Shown here in pieces: positions 24,401 to 39,074 of a DNA stretch of 64,000 nt (the first letter of the stretch is position 1; each line of letters begins with the position of its first letter). Made by a program: the position numbers and the translations under genes. The stretch comes from Octopus sinensis. Taxonomy: Eukaryota. The notes below the pieces were generated by a model, which was not told the origin of the DNA, did no database searches, and saw nothing but the letters and a program-made list of their open reading frames with translations. The stretch spans positions 47,926,001 to 47,990,000 of the forward strand of contig NC_042997.1 of the NCBI RefSeq assembly GCF_006345805.1, in the 5' to 3' direction.

Positions 24401-24658
24401 TAAAAACATAATAGTGAGAAGGCGATTGTATTATGATGACAATGTTGGTATCTTATTTACACAGCGTGAGGTATAAAAATAAAGAAAATTACAAACATTT
24501 ACATAGATACTTTCACGCACGTGTAATTATATATGTGAAAGTGTAAGTATGTATGTTCTAAAAAATGAAACAAGAACGCAACTTGTGACAATAAAGCAAC
24601 AGACGACAATAAAACATCCGGACAGATGTTTTCTTGTCGTCTGTTGCGTTCTTTTCCA

Positions 24659-24728
<70 letters not shown>

Positions 24729-24898
24729 TATATATATATATATATAATATATATATATATGTATATGTATGTATGTATGTATATATGTATGTATCGACTT
24801 AACCACTCCTACGAAATTGCTAGCTTTGGGAAAAATTTGAAATCATTGTCGTCATCATAATTAATATTAATATTATTATTATTATTATCATTATTTAT

Positions 24899-24899
<1 letters not shown>

Positions 24900-24979
<80 letters not shown>

Positions 24980-24980
24980 T
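24900..24980. repeat. (TAA)n microsatellite, insertion site of the adjacent Dong-like LINE
   Basis: Direct reading. Confidence 0.95.
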
Positions 24981-25575
24981 ATTCACAGACATGACGGAGT
25001 TGGAACCTACATACACTGGAAGCTATGCCAACATTATGGAATAACAACAGAAAAAAGATGGTATAGGCACACACCAGAAAAGGTCACAGAAAACGAGAAA
25101 GCAACCATACTCTGGGATATGCCGATACACACAGACAGAGTAATTAAGGCCAACAGACCAGATATAGTTGTCAAAGATCATGAAGAAAAAAATGCTTTCT
25201 AATTGATGTATCAATACCGGCAGATGACAACGTGTCTCTAAAAGAAATGGAGAAACTTTCAAAATACAAAGACCTGGAAATAGAGATAACCAGAATGTGG
25301 AATCTAAAATCAGAAACAATTCCTATCATAGTAGGCGCATTAGGCATGATAAAAAAATATTCAGACAAATACATAACACAAACACCAGGACTTACAAACA
25401 CATATAACATACAGAAAATTGCACTACTAGGGACTGCACACATCCTACGCAGAACACTTTCCATACAATAACCATCAGAGCATCACAACAAATCACAGCA
25501 CATACCCAAGGCACACAGAGCTGCGCTCGGTAGTGAAGTGAAATCACGCTATAAAAATAAAACTACTGAATGATA
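24981..25575 (+). mobile_element. 5'-truncated R4/Dong-like LINE 3' end (RLE domain plus 3' UTR), relatively young
   Basis: RHDGVGTYIHWKLC...ILWDMPIHTDRVIKANRPDIVVKD...IDVSIP..., then ORF 25232-25471 KLSKYKDLEIEITRMW...IVGALG...ALLGTAHILRR*; TAA repeats on both sides. Confidence 0.9.
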
Positions 25576-26022
25576 ATAATTTTTACCCTCCACGAAGTGT
25601 ACACGAAATTACCCACCGGAAGAATTCACGGAGCGACTAACAACTAAACGTAGTCACAGACGTTATATACTGATTGTTGCGGTTAGCCGTTAACTGAAAC
25701 TTAGCTGAGAACTAATATATCCTTTCCAACTCATTTATATATATAGGGAGAAAAAAGGAGAAAGGGGAGAGGGAGAAATCCGAGATCTGGAATTATCCAG
25801 TAATATTTTGATAGTTTTTTGTCTTCCCTCCTTGTGGTGTATGAACATTTAATGTGGTTTTAGAGTCAAGTTTTGGCTGCTATTTCCATCGTGGAGGTAT
25901 CTCTTAGATAGCCTTAATAATAATTTTAATAATAATTATTACCTTTGAGGGTTTTTATTTCCATGTCGGAAATTTCCACTTGATAAGATCGATATTTAAA
26001 TTTACGATCTTATCCTATCCTT

Positions 26023-26100
<78 letters not shown>

Positions 26101-26219
26101 ATGTATGTATGTACATATATATATACACATATAAATATATGTATATATATATATATATACATACATACAAACATACATACAACAAACATACATACAAACA
26201 TACATACATACATATATAT

Positions 26220-26252
<33 letters not shown>

Positions 26253-26447
26253 ATGTATGCATGTATGTATAAAATTAGAAATGGAAACCAAAATAATAAA
26301 TTGAACAATTAAATAATTTAATCACTTTATGATATAAATTCAATCCTATTATTTTATGCAAACAAATGACACATCTATTAAATTACAGCTATTTCTACAC
26401 CATTAAAAAAAAACAACAGGTTTTTCAATAATAATAAGATATATACA

Positions 26448-26668
26448 CACGAGTTGGGTGCTGAAAGGTTCGTGACTGTAAGAGTATCGCGAAAGGCCTC
26501 GTTGGAGGTCCAACCTCCGGTATTCTTTTTCAGGGTTTAGGAAAACTGAACGACCGAAGCGGTTTGTGTGTGAATCTGAGAAGGGAATATGTTTAATACA
26601 CTCATGAATAACTTATCCTCCCGTATTTTCTTTTACACTAAGCCAGTAACTTTTCAGCATCCCTCGTA
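26448..26668 (+). mobile_element. Mariner/Tc1-derived MITE
   Basis: Imperfect TIRs: left cgagttgggtgctgaaaggttc, right (reverse complement) tacgagggatgctgaaaagttac. Internal CVNLRREYV resembles the mariner transposase C-terminus. Confidence 0.7.
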
Positions 26669-27093
26669 CATGTATGCATGGATGCATACATACATGCATA
26701 CATACATACATGCATGAATGCATACATACATACATGCATGCATACATACATACATACATACATACATACATACATACATACATACATGCATGCATACATA
26801 CTTACATACATACATACATACATACATGCATACATACATACATACATACATGCATGCATACATACATACTTACATACATACATACATACATACATACATG
26901 CATACATACATACATACATGCATGAATGCATACATACATACATGCATGCATACATACATACTTACATACATACATACATACATACATGCATGCATACATA
27001 CATACATACATACATACATACATGCATACACACATGCATACATACATACATGCATGAATGCATACATACATACATGCATGCATACATACATAC

Positions 27094-27124
<31 letters not shown>

Positions 27125-27169
27125 CATGCATGAATGCATACATACATACATGCATGCATACATACATAC

Positions 27170-27200
<31 letters not shown>

Positions 27201-27285
27201 CATACATGCATGCATACATACATACATACATACATACATACATACATGCATACATACATACATACATACATGCATACATACATAT
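26669..27285. repeat. Long (TACA)n microsatellite with recurring variant blocks
   Basis: Direct reading; variant units tgcatgaatg and tacttaca recur at intervals. Confidence 0.95.
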
Positions 27286-27873
27286 CCTTAGTGATCCATA
27301 AAGAAAGGATAAGTATGCACGTGTGGTTTATTTAGAGTGACACTAAGTGGTTGACATATCAGAAATAGAGCCTAGAAAACATTAAAAAAAAAAAACATGT
27401 GTACAAATATCGTAAAGAAAGGTAAGGCTTCAATTATAGCTTTTTCTTTCTTCGGAAAATGCAGAAATGCTTTTAACGGTTATAAATACAGAGGACGACT
27501 ATAAGAAAGCTTGTGTACACAGATGATTGAGGGAGAATGTCCCTTGACACAAGAAGGATGCAAAGAAATATGATATGAGTAACAAAACAAATATATTTAA
27601 AAGTAATATATACAAAGTAAAATTGCGTGCCACCGTCATTGCGTGTCTATACATATATATATACACACATATATATACACACACACACACATATATATAT
27701 ATATATGTTGATATGTGTGTGTATACACGTATATACATGTATATATATATATGTATTATGCATACATATATATATGTATGTATATATATGTATATACATA
27801 ATATGTGTGTGCGTGTGTGAGTGTGTATTCACGTACATACATGTATATATGTATATATATACTTATATATATG

Positions 27874-27937
<64 letters not shown>

Positions 27938-27965
27938 ATATATATATATATATATTATATATATA

Positions 27966-28008
<43 letters not shown>

Positions 28009-28283
28009 ATATATATATATATATTTATATACATATATATACATATACAGATATATATTCGTATGTATACATATGCCTGCATAGATGCACATATGTATAT
28101 ACCTCAACACATACACACACATATATGTATATATAACAAATACAGTGATATTATAGGCAATATATTATACACATATAACGTTTATTCTTGTAGTTGGTAT
28201 TATAAATAGAATCAACATCTGTATCATCAGCGTCAGCATTGTTCTTATTTCCATTCTGAGTCTTGTTATTATTCCATTAATGA

Positions 28284-28500
28284 AGACGGTGAGCTGGCAG
28301 CATGGTGAACACGCGAGACAAAACGCTTAGTTGAACTCCTTACAGCTTCACTGTCTAAGTTCAAATTCTGCTGAGATCAACATTGACTTCCATCAGTTCA
28401 GTGTTGATAAAATAAACAGTTACCAGTTAAGTTGTGCAGTCGAACGTTATAGATTAGCGAACTCCACAAAATGTAAGGCCTTGCGTGTATATTAGAAATT
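28284..28500 (+). mobile_element. Degenerate SINE family A
   Basis: ggtgagctggcag...gttcaaattctgctgagatcaac...gttgataaaata. Confidence 0.65.
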
Positions 28501-31144
28501 ATTATTATTACTAATAATAACTTTTTATATCTCTATGTATGGGTGTAATTTTCTCATTTCATTATATTCTCATTTCTGTTCGTCCTGGTTTTCTTCTTTA
28601 TTCTGTCTCCAGTCTTTCCATTCGGTTATCTTTTTTCCAAACTTATCACAGCTAATTTCACCCCCACCCACTCTCTACTTCAAATCTTATTTCTTGCATA
28701 ATGAATTGTCTTGTCCTAAACTTGCGAGAGTCTTCTTTCTATGTTTGTGCCTCGCACGTATCATCCCTCACTAACTTCCACGAAATGCTTTTAACTCTCA
28801 ACACAGAAATACTTTCTTTGTATACTTGTGTTTTTCCTTTCAAATATTTAGACTAACACAACAATTTTAGCACAGAAGATGGTTTTATTTGCATGAATAT
28901 ACCTTTCCCCATAGATTTCTCTGTTTGTCATTGTCTCTACTTTTAAAGGATATATTCTATTACAATAAGTCTCTAGAGAGAGTTCTATTGTGTGACGAAG
29001 TTATTGTTTGCACGTGTCGAAATGAATAGATTGGATAAGTTTGGCTCCTGTTTGTGAGTTCAAAAATATTATGTTGCAACAAGGTATGTGTGGCGACAGA
29101 GTTGGTAATTGGTAATAAGTATATATTTAACAGTGTAAATAATAATTAAAAAAATAGGGTATCCCTTCCATTGTCTTACTACATGCAAATAAAACTGCAT
29201 GTATATGAGTTAATTATCTCGCCAAATTCACATGACACTTCAAATCAATCCCTTTTAGTGTTATAACTTGATTCACAAGTAGTTGTGCCGTAGATATATC
29301 TACAGCATGACAAATAGTTATTTTAACGAGTGCAGATACACATACGAGTTTTCACAATGGAAAACATAGGTATGAAATATTGTCTGTTGTCGATTTATTA
29401 ATTTCAAATAGCAACTTGTCGAATAGGAGACAAATTAGATAAATAAGACAAAGTAGAGAAATTATTCAACTGGTAGACCACGAGGTGCCGGTTTGTACCC
29501 TGTTATCAGCAATCTACTTGATATATATCCAGCAAGTCTTTGCGCTTAATTTTCAAAACATATTCATGTATAACACATCGGATGAAAATCTAATTCCTAC
29601 AAGCATGTGCGGTATGATAAAGTTGACGTGCACTCTTTTAGACATCAGTGGTGAACTAAAACTTTGCATAGTAAGAAGCGGATGAGATACGCAAGCAATG
29701 TCAACTTTATATAAACATGACATATTCAGTGTTAGCGACATTACGTAATGGCATGCGCGGCTCATCATCACCTTATATGTAAATCTAAACTATCACAGGC
29801 ACATATCGGAAATGCTGTTGGAAAAAAACTTCTTTCGTTCAAAAAGGAACGATGTCATGACATGTAGGTTATTCAAATTGAGAACCTGATCCGTCTGTTT
29901 ATTTGGGTTTTTTTTCATATGAACACAATGCTTGATTGGAAAAATATCTAATTTGATTTCTAATACTTCCTAATTGCAGTCTACAAATGAACGAACTGTA
30001 TACAGCGCATATTTATTTATTCAACACTCATCAATTAAAACAACATTGGTGGAATTTTGATTGGCGCTGAAATTAAAGAGAAATGAAATAACATGAAATA
30101 TTCAGTCGTAAGGAATAAAGTAATACCTAGATCTTCCCCTAAAATATCTTCTGATTATGCTATTGTTGTATACAAAGTACTGAGGTAGTTTGTAGACATA
30201 GAACTTCTTTATACAGTTTATTTAACGTTCCAAATAAGAAGCTCGACTGGTTTCTCGAAAATGTAATTAAAAGCATTGCTGAAATTGCACTCATACCTAA
30301 TATCATGTTAACAACTCTGCCCTCACAACGATGTTCTTTTCGAGTGTGTTGAGGTAGCCCGTAACATTTATTGTAACAAAAGTCAACACAAAATTCACAG
30401 CAAATAAAACCAGTATACTCAGTAATGCAATGAGAATCAGTAAATCTAATGAGGAACATAAGTTGAAATTACAAATGCTTTAGAAATAAATGAATATCAC
30501 ATAAGAATAATGTAAGTCTGAAAGAACTAAGGTGTAACACGTCTGAGAGCATGTACTCGTATGGCTTCCAATACCGAATTTAAACATTAAGAAAAAACAA
30601 ACTATTAATCTCATTATTTCCATTTCTCTCTCTTTACTTCTAAATATTTGATTTCCCGAGAGCTAATGTGAAATATATATCTGTTCATTTTTAAATAGAA
30701 ATACAGCTGCCGTTTATTTTAATATTTCGTATAGTGCTAATATGGACCATGAACTATTAATTTTATTAACTGACTAACTGAAAACAAATAGTGTGTAAAC
30801 GGTAATATTCACATTTATTACGGAGTTTATTACTTACTTAGTTCAATTAGCAAAAGTCGAAAATTATTTTCTTTCAATTACACATAAACGCATTTCAACA
30901 TTTTTCTTATTCTCTCTTTCTTTTTCTACCTCCTACCCACACGCACCATGACCACACACACACCAAAGCATAAGCACTTTAACACCTTTCTATTTATTCG
31001 TATGAAGAAATCTTTAACACATGAGATACTCTATTTCCTAAGACTATTGCGGTATAGATGCAGGATACCAATATAATAATAAGTTTATGTATGTATATAG
31101 GGCCTGCGTAAGCATAGAAGCATATGTATTTGTGTGAGTTTATG

Positions 31145-31198
<54 letters not shown>

Positions 31199-31262
31199 CA
31201 CGTGTGTACCGTTGGCGATTTTTTGCTCCGTCTTCCCTTCCTTGGATCTTTCCTTTTCCTAT

Positions 31263-31297
31263 GTTTCTGACGAAGAACTCCGCACGAAACGTTAAAT
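31263..31297 (+). ncRNA. Degenerate minimal hammerhead in a short repeat (~31200-31370) flanked by (TA)n
   Basis: gttt-CTGACGA-a-gaac tcc gcac-GAAA-cg-TT-aaat. Core intact, stem II decayed. Confidence 0.55.
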
Positions 31298-31365
31298 CCT
31301 TCTTCTTTCCTTCCTTTCCTGGGCGTCCAATAACACTATACTTGTTCCACGTCCTCGCGTTGTAG

Positions 31366-31397
<32 letters not shown>

Positions 31398-31426
31398 TCA
31401 TATATGTGTGTGCGCGCGTGTATACA

Positions 31427-31590
31427 GGTGCAGGAGTGACTGTGTGGTAAGAAGATGCTTCCCAACCACATAGTTCTGGGTTCACTCCCACTGCGTGGCA
31501 CCTGAGCATATGTCTTCTACTTTAGCTTTGGGCCGACCAAAGCATTGTGAGTGGATTTCGTAGACGAAGACCGAAAGACACCTGTGGTAT
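31427..31590 (+). mobile_element. tRNA-derived SINE (family C) 5' half
   Basis: gcaggagtgactgtgtggtaagaag...gggttcactccc...gtgagtggattt; homologous to 61318-61714 (minus). Confidence 0.8.
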
Positions 31591-31619
31591 ATACATATAT
31601 ATGTATATACATATATACA

Positions 31620-31686
<67 letters not shown>

Positions 31687-32069
31687 ATATATATATATAT
31701 ATATAATATATATATATATGTATGCATGTATGTACATATATATGTGTGTATATAGATATGTATGTGTGTGTATAATTATGTCAGCACCGTTATATTTATG
31801 CTCGCATATGCGTAAGTACGATCGATTATGCACATATGTGTAGGAGACGTAAGGATGTCGGAGTGTGAAGGTGAGGGCTGTATGTATGCCTGCTTTGTGT
31901 AAATGTGAGTGGTTTCATCTGTTGTATAAAGGTAGGTGTACATTGCAAAGTCCACTATTACCCTTTAGCAATGTCGATGCCTGGAAGCTACAGTAATGTC
32001 GGTCAATAAATAGTTTAAGATCGAAGAAGTAAATTATCACCTATTCACATTCAAAACAGAATGTAAGCA

Positions 32070-32300
32070 GAAAGGGGAAGAAGGGCAAGAAAGAAAGAAA
32101 GAAAAGAGAAAGAAAGAAAGAAAGACTAGAAGGAAGTGGTTGAGATAGAAGAAGAAAAGAAGAAGAAGATGGAGAAGCAGGAGCAGGAGCAGGAGGGGAG
32201 AAGAAGAAGAGAAGAAGAAGAAGAAGAAGAAGAAGAAGAAGAAGAAGAAGAGAAGAAGAAGAAGAAGAAGAAGAAGAAGAAGAAGAAGAAGAAACGACAA
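32070..32300. repeat. Polypurine (GAA)n/(GAAA)n tract
   Basis: Direct reading. Confidence 0.9.
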
Positions 32301-32964
32301 GGAAATAGAGATATTGTGAAAGAGAAAGAGAAACAGTATGGAATAGACCCCGTTAAGAGAGATGTAATCCCCTCGTTCAAATCGCTCTGCGTAGTTTAAG
32401 AATAATTCAGTTTGCTCAAAGTTTCCTACGGGAATATATATATTCATAATATTAATGCAAACAAAGCAAGATGTGTTTAAGAAAATTTATACGTTAGGCA
32501 CTGGAGTGAAAACCAAAACACTGTAATTTTCAATTATATGCCAAGGCGGTTAAATGGGCAGAATTTCAGATCGTAGATATACATTTTAATTGCTGATCCG
32601 GTATCGACACTTGGTTACAATTCTGTTTTAAAAGATGTATGTCTAGTTAATCAGAGAATTGTTCAACGTGCTCACTCGATCTGTTATAGATAAGAACCAG
32701 ATTTATCTTAAATTACTGATAGTATTATAGAGATTAATATTATACATAGATTAAAGTAGTTCCAATTTAAAAATTTTGAAAATATGATGATATGAATGAG
32801 GCTAAAACAATTTTAATAATAATCATCTGCAAGAGGATTAATAACTGGCGCTGTAATATAACACCTTACACACTAGTTAAACAATTGCAACCACGTACTA
32901 CATTTTTACTGCCAACATTATAAAAACACCAAAAGTTTTAGACTTATTATTTATGAGTCATTTA

Positions 32965-33178
32965 GGGCGGCGAGCTGGCAGAATCGTTAGCACACCGGCA
33001 AAATGCTTAGCTGTATTTCGTCAGCCGCTACGTTCTGAGTTCAAATTCCACCAAGGTCAAATTTTATCCTTTAGGTGTTGATAAAAGGATAAGCATCAGT
33101 TATGCACTGGGGTCGATGTAATAGACTAGCACCATTTCCACAAAAATTTTGAAGGCCTTGTGCCTAGAGTGGAAATAA
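32965..33178 (+). mobile_element. SINE family A
   Basis: ggcggcgagctggcagaatcgttagcac...gagttcaaattcc...ggggtcgatgtaat. Confidence 0.85.
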
Positions 33179-34305
33179 TTATTTATAGTTATATTCACTG
33201 AAATATCTTCCATATTTGATAATTTTAAGTTAGTGGTGATGCGAAAAGCAAAATGTTATAGTCTTGCTCATCGTTGTCCATTCCTAAGATATATTATGTA
33301 GGAATATATAATCCAACATGCCCTTACTTTAAGATGGTGTGTTGCGATTTCAAAGAGATTTAGTGGTTAGTAGTAAAAAGGCAAGCAGCGATCCCTACGT
33401 TTGCCTCAATGAGCTCTCGTTACTCATTGGCTCGTTAATCACTCTGATTTGGAGAACTTTCTTAAATTATATTACCCTAGGCTTTGCTTCTTTTTTTTTC
33501 TTTTTGAAAATAAATGTAGATTAGAGAAAAAATTCTACTGTTTATTCATAAAATTCTTTTGAAGACCCATGATATATACTTGTATCACTATAATTGGATA
33601 CAATTTTTCAAAAGTGCTTTGGCCATTGATATTAATGATGTCAGAATGATATTCAAATCAATTTGTTATTGTATACAAATAAGGAATTTAGAAATCAAAA
33701 TGATTTATAAGCAAATGACTGAAACATATGTTAACTACGTTCCAAAAATGTTAATAGGGTTATTTAGCATACAACAAAAACAGAAACAGTGATATTGCCT
33801 GTAGATTCATTGCTATATACATGTACATTAGACAGCTCAATTATTCAAATCCGTTTCACTTTCAGACGAAATCTTTTCAGTGGTGAAGCGAATATATTCT
33901 GGGTAAGACATTCAACAATCAGACAGAATATATCAGCATTAATGAATTTCGTAATAATAACACATTGCTGAAGATTCAAGGTTTTCTTTCGTAAACGTAG
34001 ACGACTTACTAATAATAAACATTTGCATTTCTATTAATTTTATCGATATATATTACATCGTAATTATATACATAATGTGTTTTTGTCGCAGTAAAAGTTG
34101 ATGACAACGATTACGTTTATTGTGAACAGGGTCGTTCTCATAAAGAAAATATTATTGCAATATTTTAACAAAAGAAAATCAAAGTCTCTCACAATGATTT
34201 ACATAAATTGCAAAAACACACGCGCGCACACACATACACACGTATACTCAAAAACACGTGTGCATGCACGTTCATATATATATATATAATATAATATGAT
34301 ATATA

Positions 34306-34375
34306 TCCGCTGATGAGAGCTTCGCCTAGCAAATTATTTTATTTGCTAATTAAAAGTTCGAAACCTAGGTCCGGA
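34306..34375 (+). ncRNA. Apparently intact minimal type-I hammerhead ribozyme
   Basis: tccg-CTGATGA-gagctt[cgcc tagcaaat tatttt atttgcta attaa]aagttc-GAAA-cctagg-TC/cgga. All core nucleotides present, G10.1-C11.1 pair, palindromic stem III ACCTAGGT, GUC triplet with predicted cut after 34371. Confidence 0.88.
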
Positions 34376-34568
34376 AAAATATATTAAATTTTTCTATTTT
34401 TTTTATTACCTCTGAAATTGCTCTTAACTGTGGTTTGAACTTTGACTTCTAGTATGTAAGGCGTTCTGTTATGGTCACCGGTTTTGTGTTTAAATGTACA
34501 CTAATTTTGTATGTGTTTATAAATATATATATATATATAAATTTATATGTGTCTCTGTGTGTGTATGT

Positions 34569-34803
34569 GAGGGCGTGTGGCTTAGTGGTTAGGGCATTCG
34601 CCTCACAATCGTAAGGACGTGAGTTCAAGTCCCGGCGACGCGTTGTGTGCTTGAGTAAGACACTTTATTTCCCTTGCTCCAGTCCACTCAGCTGACAAAA
34701 ATGAGTAGTACCTGTATTTCAAAGGACCAGCCTTGTCCCACTCTGTGTCACGCTGAATCTCCCTGAGAACTACGTTAAGGATACACGTGTCAGTGAAGTC
34801 CTC
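34569..34803 (+). mobile_element. tRNA-derived SINE (family B)
   Basis: ggcttagtggttaggg...gagttcaagtccc head (A/B boxes) and the shared core ccagtccactcagctg. Confidence 0.85.
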
Positions 34804-36678
34804 TTTTACGAATGTTGAGAAACTTGTAGGGAACAACAAAACACTGATTGTAAAACTCAATAGATACGGTAGAGTAAAATTTATTGATTCGTCTGACTGA
34901 TCTATTTTCACCTGGCTCAAGAAGCCGTCAAACGCAAAACTTGAATCCCTGCAAGATCTTTATTATAGATATACACACACTGACACACACACACACGTCT
35001 GTGTGTGTGTATATATATATCATGCATACATATCTTGAGAAAAATGAAAGTTGGAGAGAAATAGAGATAGTTTTACCTCATTCATTGGTGTCGTTACTAA
35101 TTATAAGAAGTTCATCATTTTATTGCAAAACAGTAATCAAAGATTATTTAGCTGCGCCCTTTCTTTTCTGTCTTCATTTTTCGGTATATAACATATTTCG
35201 GACTACAGTTTACAATTCGTCCTGAACTTAAGTACTTCCATATCATATAGTCAAATGCCATTTGTTAGGAAAATAACAATTTAAATCCTAGGAATACATT
35301 TGCATAATCTATAGTCGATTAAGCGTAATAAATACCACAAGTAGGAGATGTACATTATTTTAACAATGATTTCTATACTCTCTCACATTCTATATGAGGC
35401 AGCAATAATTGGAGAAAGCATAATCTACAATGACCAGCATCACAGATACAATAATATTTTCTTAATTCTTAGATGTTAACATCTATAATGATTTATTTAG
35501 GACTTTAGATTTTCAAATGGCCAACGAAATATCATATACCTATCATCACAAATCTTCAGAATATTGCAGAATTTGAAAACAAGACAGTGAATGCAGAGAA
35601 ATCTGGAAACAATATATGTCATAAACCACTGTGTTTTCGTGTAAATAATCATATATTAACCTATGTATAGATATATGTTTTAGATGCGTTCATCTCGATT
35701 AATGTTACCAAGTAAAATTCAATAACTGCTGCGAAAATTTTACATCTGCACATAAATAAAAAAAAAAGTAACTGAATAACGAATTATCAAGAAATGTGAT
35801 TTATTCCGTTACCAAGGAAAGCATGGTGTATCACCTCCTTTTTCGTGAAAGGTATATTTCCTATTCAAATACGCCAGTTTGGAAGCAAGAGAAAGATCAA
35901 TTTCTGCAGGGCACAGAATTTGTTATAACATATACTGCGATTTCAGTCAACAACCGGATATTAGTCTCTTGAACAAAGTGTATCATTTGTCTACTTTTCA
36001 GAAATTAAATGTCCTGGCAAATATGCAACTTATTGAGAAACGATATATGTGGGTGTATGTATGTATGAATGTATTTATGTATGTATGCATGTATGTATGT
36101 ATGTATGTATGAATGGATGAATGTATGCGTGTATGTATGTATGTATGTATGTATGTATGTATGTATGTATGTATGAATGTATGTATGTATGTATATGTGT
36201 ATGTATGTATGTATGTATGTATGAATGAATGAATGTATGCGTGTATGAATGTATGTATGTATGTATACAAACAATTAATCTCCGTCTTTCAGTTCGTGAT
36301 ATTCGTCTTCAAACTTACAGAATGACAAGGTAATAACGTCTGTTAAACAAGCACTCTTGTACGATTGAAGATGACAAACGAATTATAAGAATCTAGTTAA
36401 TGGAGGTATGAAGACATGTTTAGAAGTTCAGAAGTTCAATATGTAATTTGATTTCTATTAATGCATGAACTAAAACGATCAAGTTCTTGCCATCAAGAAC
36501 TAATAAAATATTGACACTTTTAGGTCGACCAGCTATAGCACATCGTCTCATAGTCACTACAACCTCAGTACTGACAACCGACTTATCTGTCAGTCTATCT
36601 ATCTATTTATCTCCTTATTTACCTGTATGTATGGCTGTTTATCTATCGATTTACTTGTATACTTGCTCCTTTCTTTGT

Positions 36679-36714
<36 letters not shown>

Positions 36715-38183
36715 AATAACAGATGAGGTTACCATAAAGAGATATCTATACGCCATTGAGTTGTGGTGATAAATGCTTGTACAACACCTGTATTCAGTCA
36801 TTCTTGCCCTACCCGTCTCCCCTCATCATTCAATTTCTTGCGTCCAAACTGCCAAGCCCCACTCAAACAGACTCGCCCATTCTTTCTGTATCAAAACATT
36901 AGTCGTTTGCAATTTTTAGCATGTTCGTATGTATTGTACAGGAATTAGCTTGCAAATGTTCAAGTTCTTCTTAACCATCTGTAATTTAACTTTGGCATCC
37001 GATTAACCAGCCGAGAAGAAACTCGTAATTCGATGAGTATAGTACCGGCCTTGGAAGCCCGAAAGAAAATTATAATTCCTCTGCTGTTCTACAATATTTA
37101 TTGCGCGTTCGAGTCTGTCTTTCGAAGTGTTCAATAATGTTTAACAAAGAGAATGATTCTTCAAATTCAATTCATTTAAAGATACTGTCATGTGCTGTAG
37201 TTACGGTCATACAAATTTGAGAGCAGTCTTTAACATGCTTCACTGCATTCTTCGCTTGAAATGTTACACTAATTTAAAACATGTACTAAGCTCGGTGCAA
37301 TATTCGAGTATGAGGTGCACTCGGCAACAATTTCATTTACTTTAACTTTATTTGACTGAGTGCTAACGTACGGAGGTAAAAACATTTCAATCGATAAACA
37401 TTACTTTTGTAGTGATGGCAGTAAATTAGACATAGCAAATTTGGTTAAGACAATGAGGCAACAATACCGAAATTTTAATTATGTATGCAGAAATGAAATG
37501 TAAAAAAATAACATTCGTTCGAGGAGCTATATTTCATAAATTTGAATTCGTTTTACTCCCCACATTACACATATTTGCATTATTTGCATTCTAAACTTAT
37601 ATAGACATGTGCTATTTTTAGAGCCTCAAATATAGTCACTCGCAGAATTTGCTCCACCTCTCTTCGCTCTGAGTTCAAATCTGAGTCAGGTCAATTTTGT
37701 ATTTCGACCTTTCAGTATAAAGGCAAATTTACCCCACCCAACACCACCACCACCAAGATGGTGTATTGGTAGAACGTCTCACCGAATTCCTTGTGTTATT
37801 CGTTCCAGTTCTTTTCATTCTAAGATCAAATCCCATCAAGGGATAGTTCGGTTGTTCACTTAATCCCCCACTCAGTTTCACGCCATCTCCTAGCGCTGAG
37901 TGACTTTATCGGAGTTCAATTTGTTAAGAGGAGTTGCGCTTCGTTTTCAGTTTGATAATACCGTTTTATTACCCTACCTCCAGTTTTGGATGCCGTGGAA
38001 TGTATCATGAACACTACGTTGCCTCTTGATTAAGTGAAGAAAAAAAAACACACTCAAATTTTTCGTTTCGTGAGGATGGTGTATCTAGTTAAATTTTCAC
38101 CTTTAATCTTCTAAGATGTTGGAAAGATTACATTGAATCACAAACTTAGCATTAAAATGCGAAATATATATATGATCTATCTA

Positions 38184-38412
38184 GGCGGTGACTGGCAGAA
38201 TCGTTAGCACGCCGGGCGAAATTCTTAGCGGTATTTCGTCCGCCGCTGCGTTCTAAGTTCAAATTGCGCCGAGGTCGACTTTGCCTTTCATCCTTTCGGG
38301 GTCGATAAATTAAGTACCATTTACGCACTGGTGTCGATGTAATCGACTTGATACCTATGTCTGTCCTTGTTTGTCCCCTCTGTGTTTAGCCCCTTGGGGT
38401 AATAAAGAAATA
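38184..38412 (+). mobile_element. SINE family A, well preserved
   Basis: tggcagaatcgttagcacgccgggcg...gttcaaatt...gcctttcatcctttcggggtcgataaattaagtacc (Meta-domain-like core). Confidence 0.9.
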
Positions 38413-38969
38413 GATATATCTATCAATACTGATATATTTCACGCTACTCTATAGTTTAAATGAAGCAAATATACCACTGGTACTTATATTATTGTCCTTA
38501 AAATGATAGTGTAGTTTCCGGCAAAAACTGAAGGAAGGTTATACTAAAGACCGCAATGCAGTGAAGTATACCACTCTACAGATTTACATATCCAAGAGTA
38601 TTTTCCATCAATAGTGATTAATTTCTTTAAACCACGACCACCAGTTGTATGCAAATAGAATTTGCTGCAATATATTATTTATGTTATCATCCCTGTGGAT
38701 TGCTATTATTTATATTATCGGTAGCGAAGTTAGAAAAACTAACGTCTGTCGAGGATGTATAATGAGCTTTTTTTTTTTAATGTTACATATTAAAAGCAAA
38801 CGTTCATCCGCTTGGGCCACTTAGATGCGCTCAATAATTTTCACATATATTTTAACAAATTCCACTCTTTCATCTTGAGATATTCTTCAACTTTTTGGCG
38901 CACACACTCACTAACATATACACACATATGCATACATTAGCACCCCGAATCCCAATACATGTATATATG

Positions 38970-39065
<96 letters not shown>

Positions 39066-39074
39066 ACGATAAAC

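Noticed and set aside
26669-27285. Regularly recurring variant blocks resembling a spaced array (CRISPR-like)
   Set aside because: The 'spacers' are just TACA repeats; this is a higher-order microsatellite from slippage in eukaryotic DNA.
29400-29900. Non-repetitive stretch that might hold a host exon (also 57600-57900)
   Set aside because: No recognisable protein motif or convincing splice-bounded frame; cannot be supported without transcript data.
34569-34640. tRNA-like sequences at SINE heads
   Set aside because: They lack a full cloverleaf and continue into SINE bodies; not tRNA genes.
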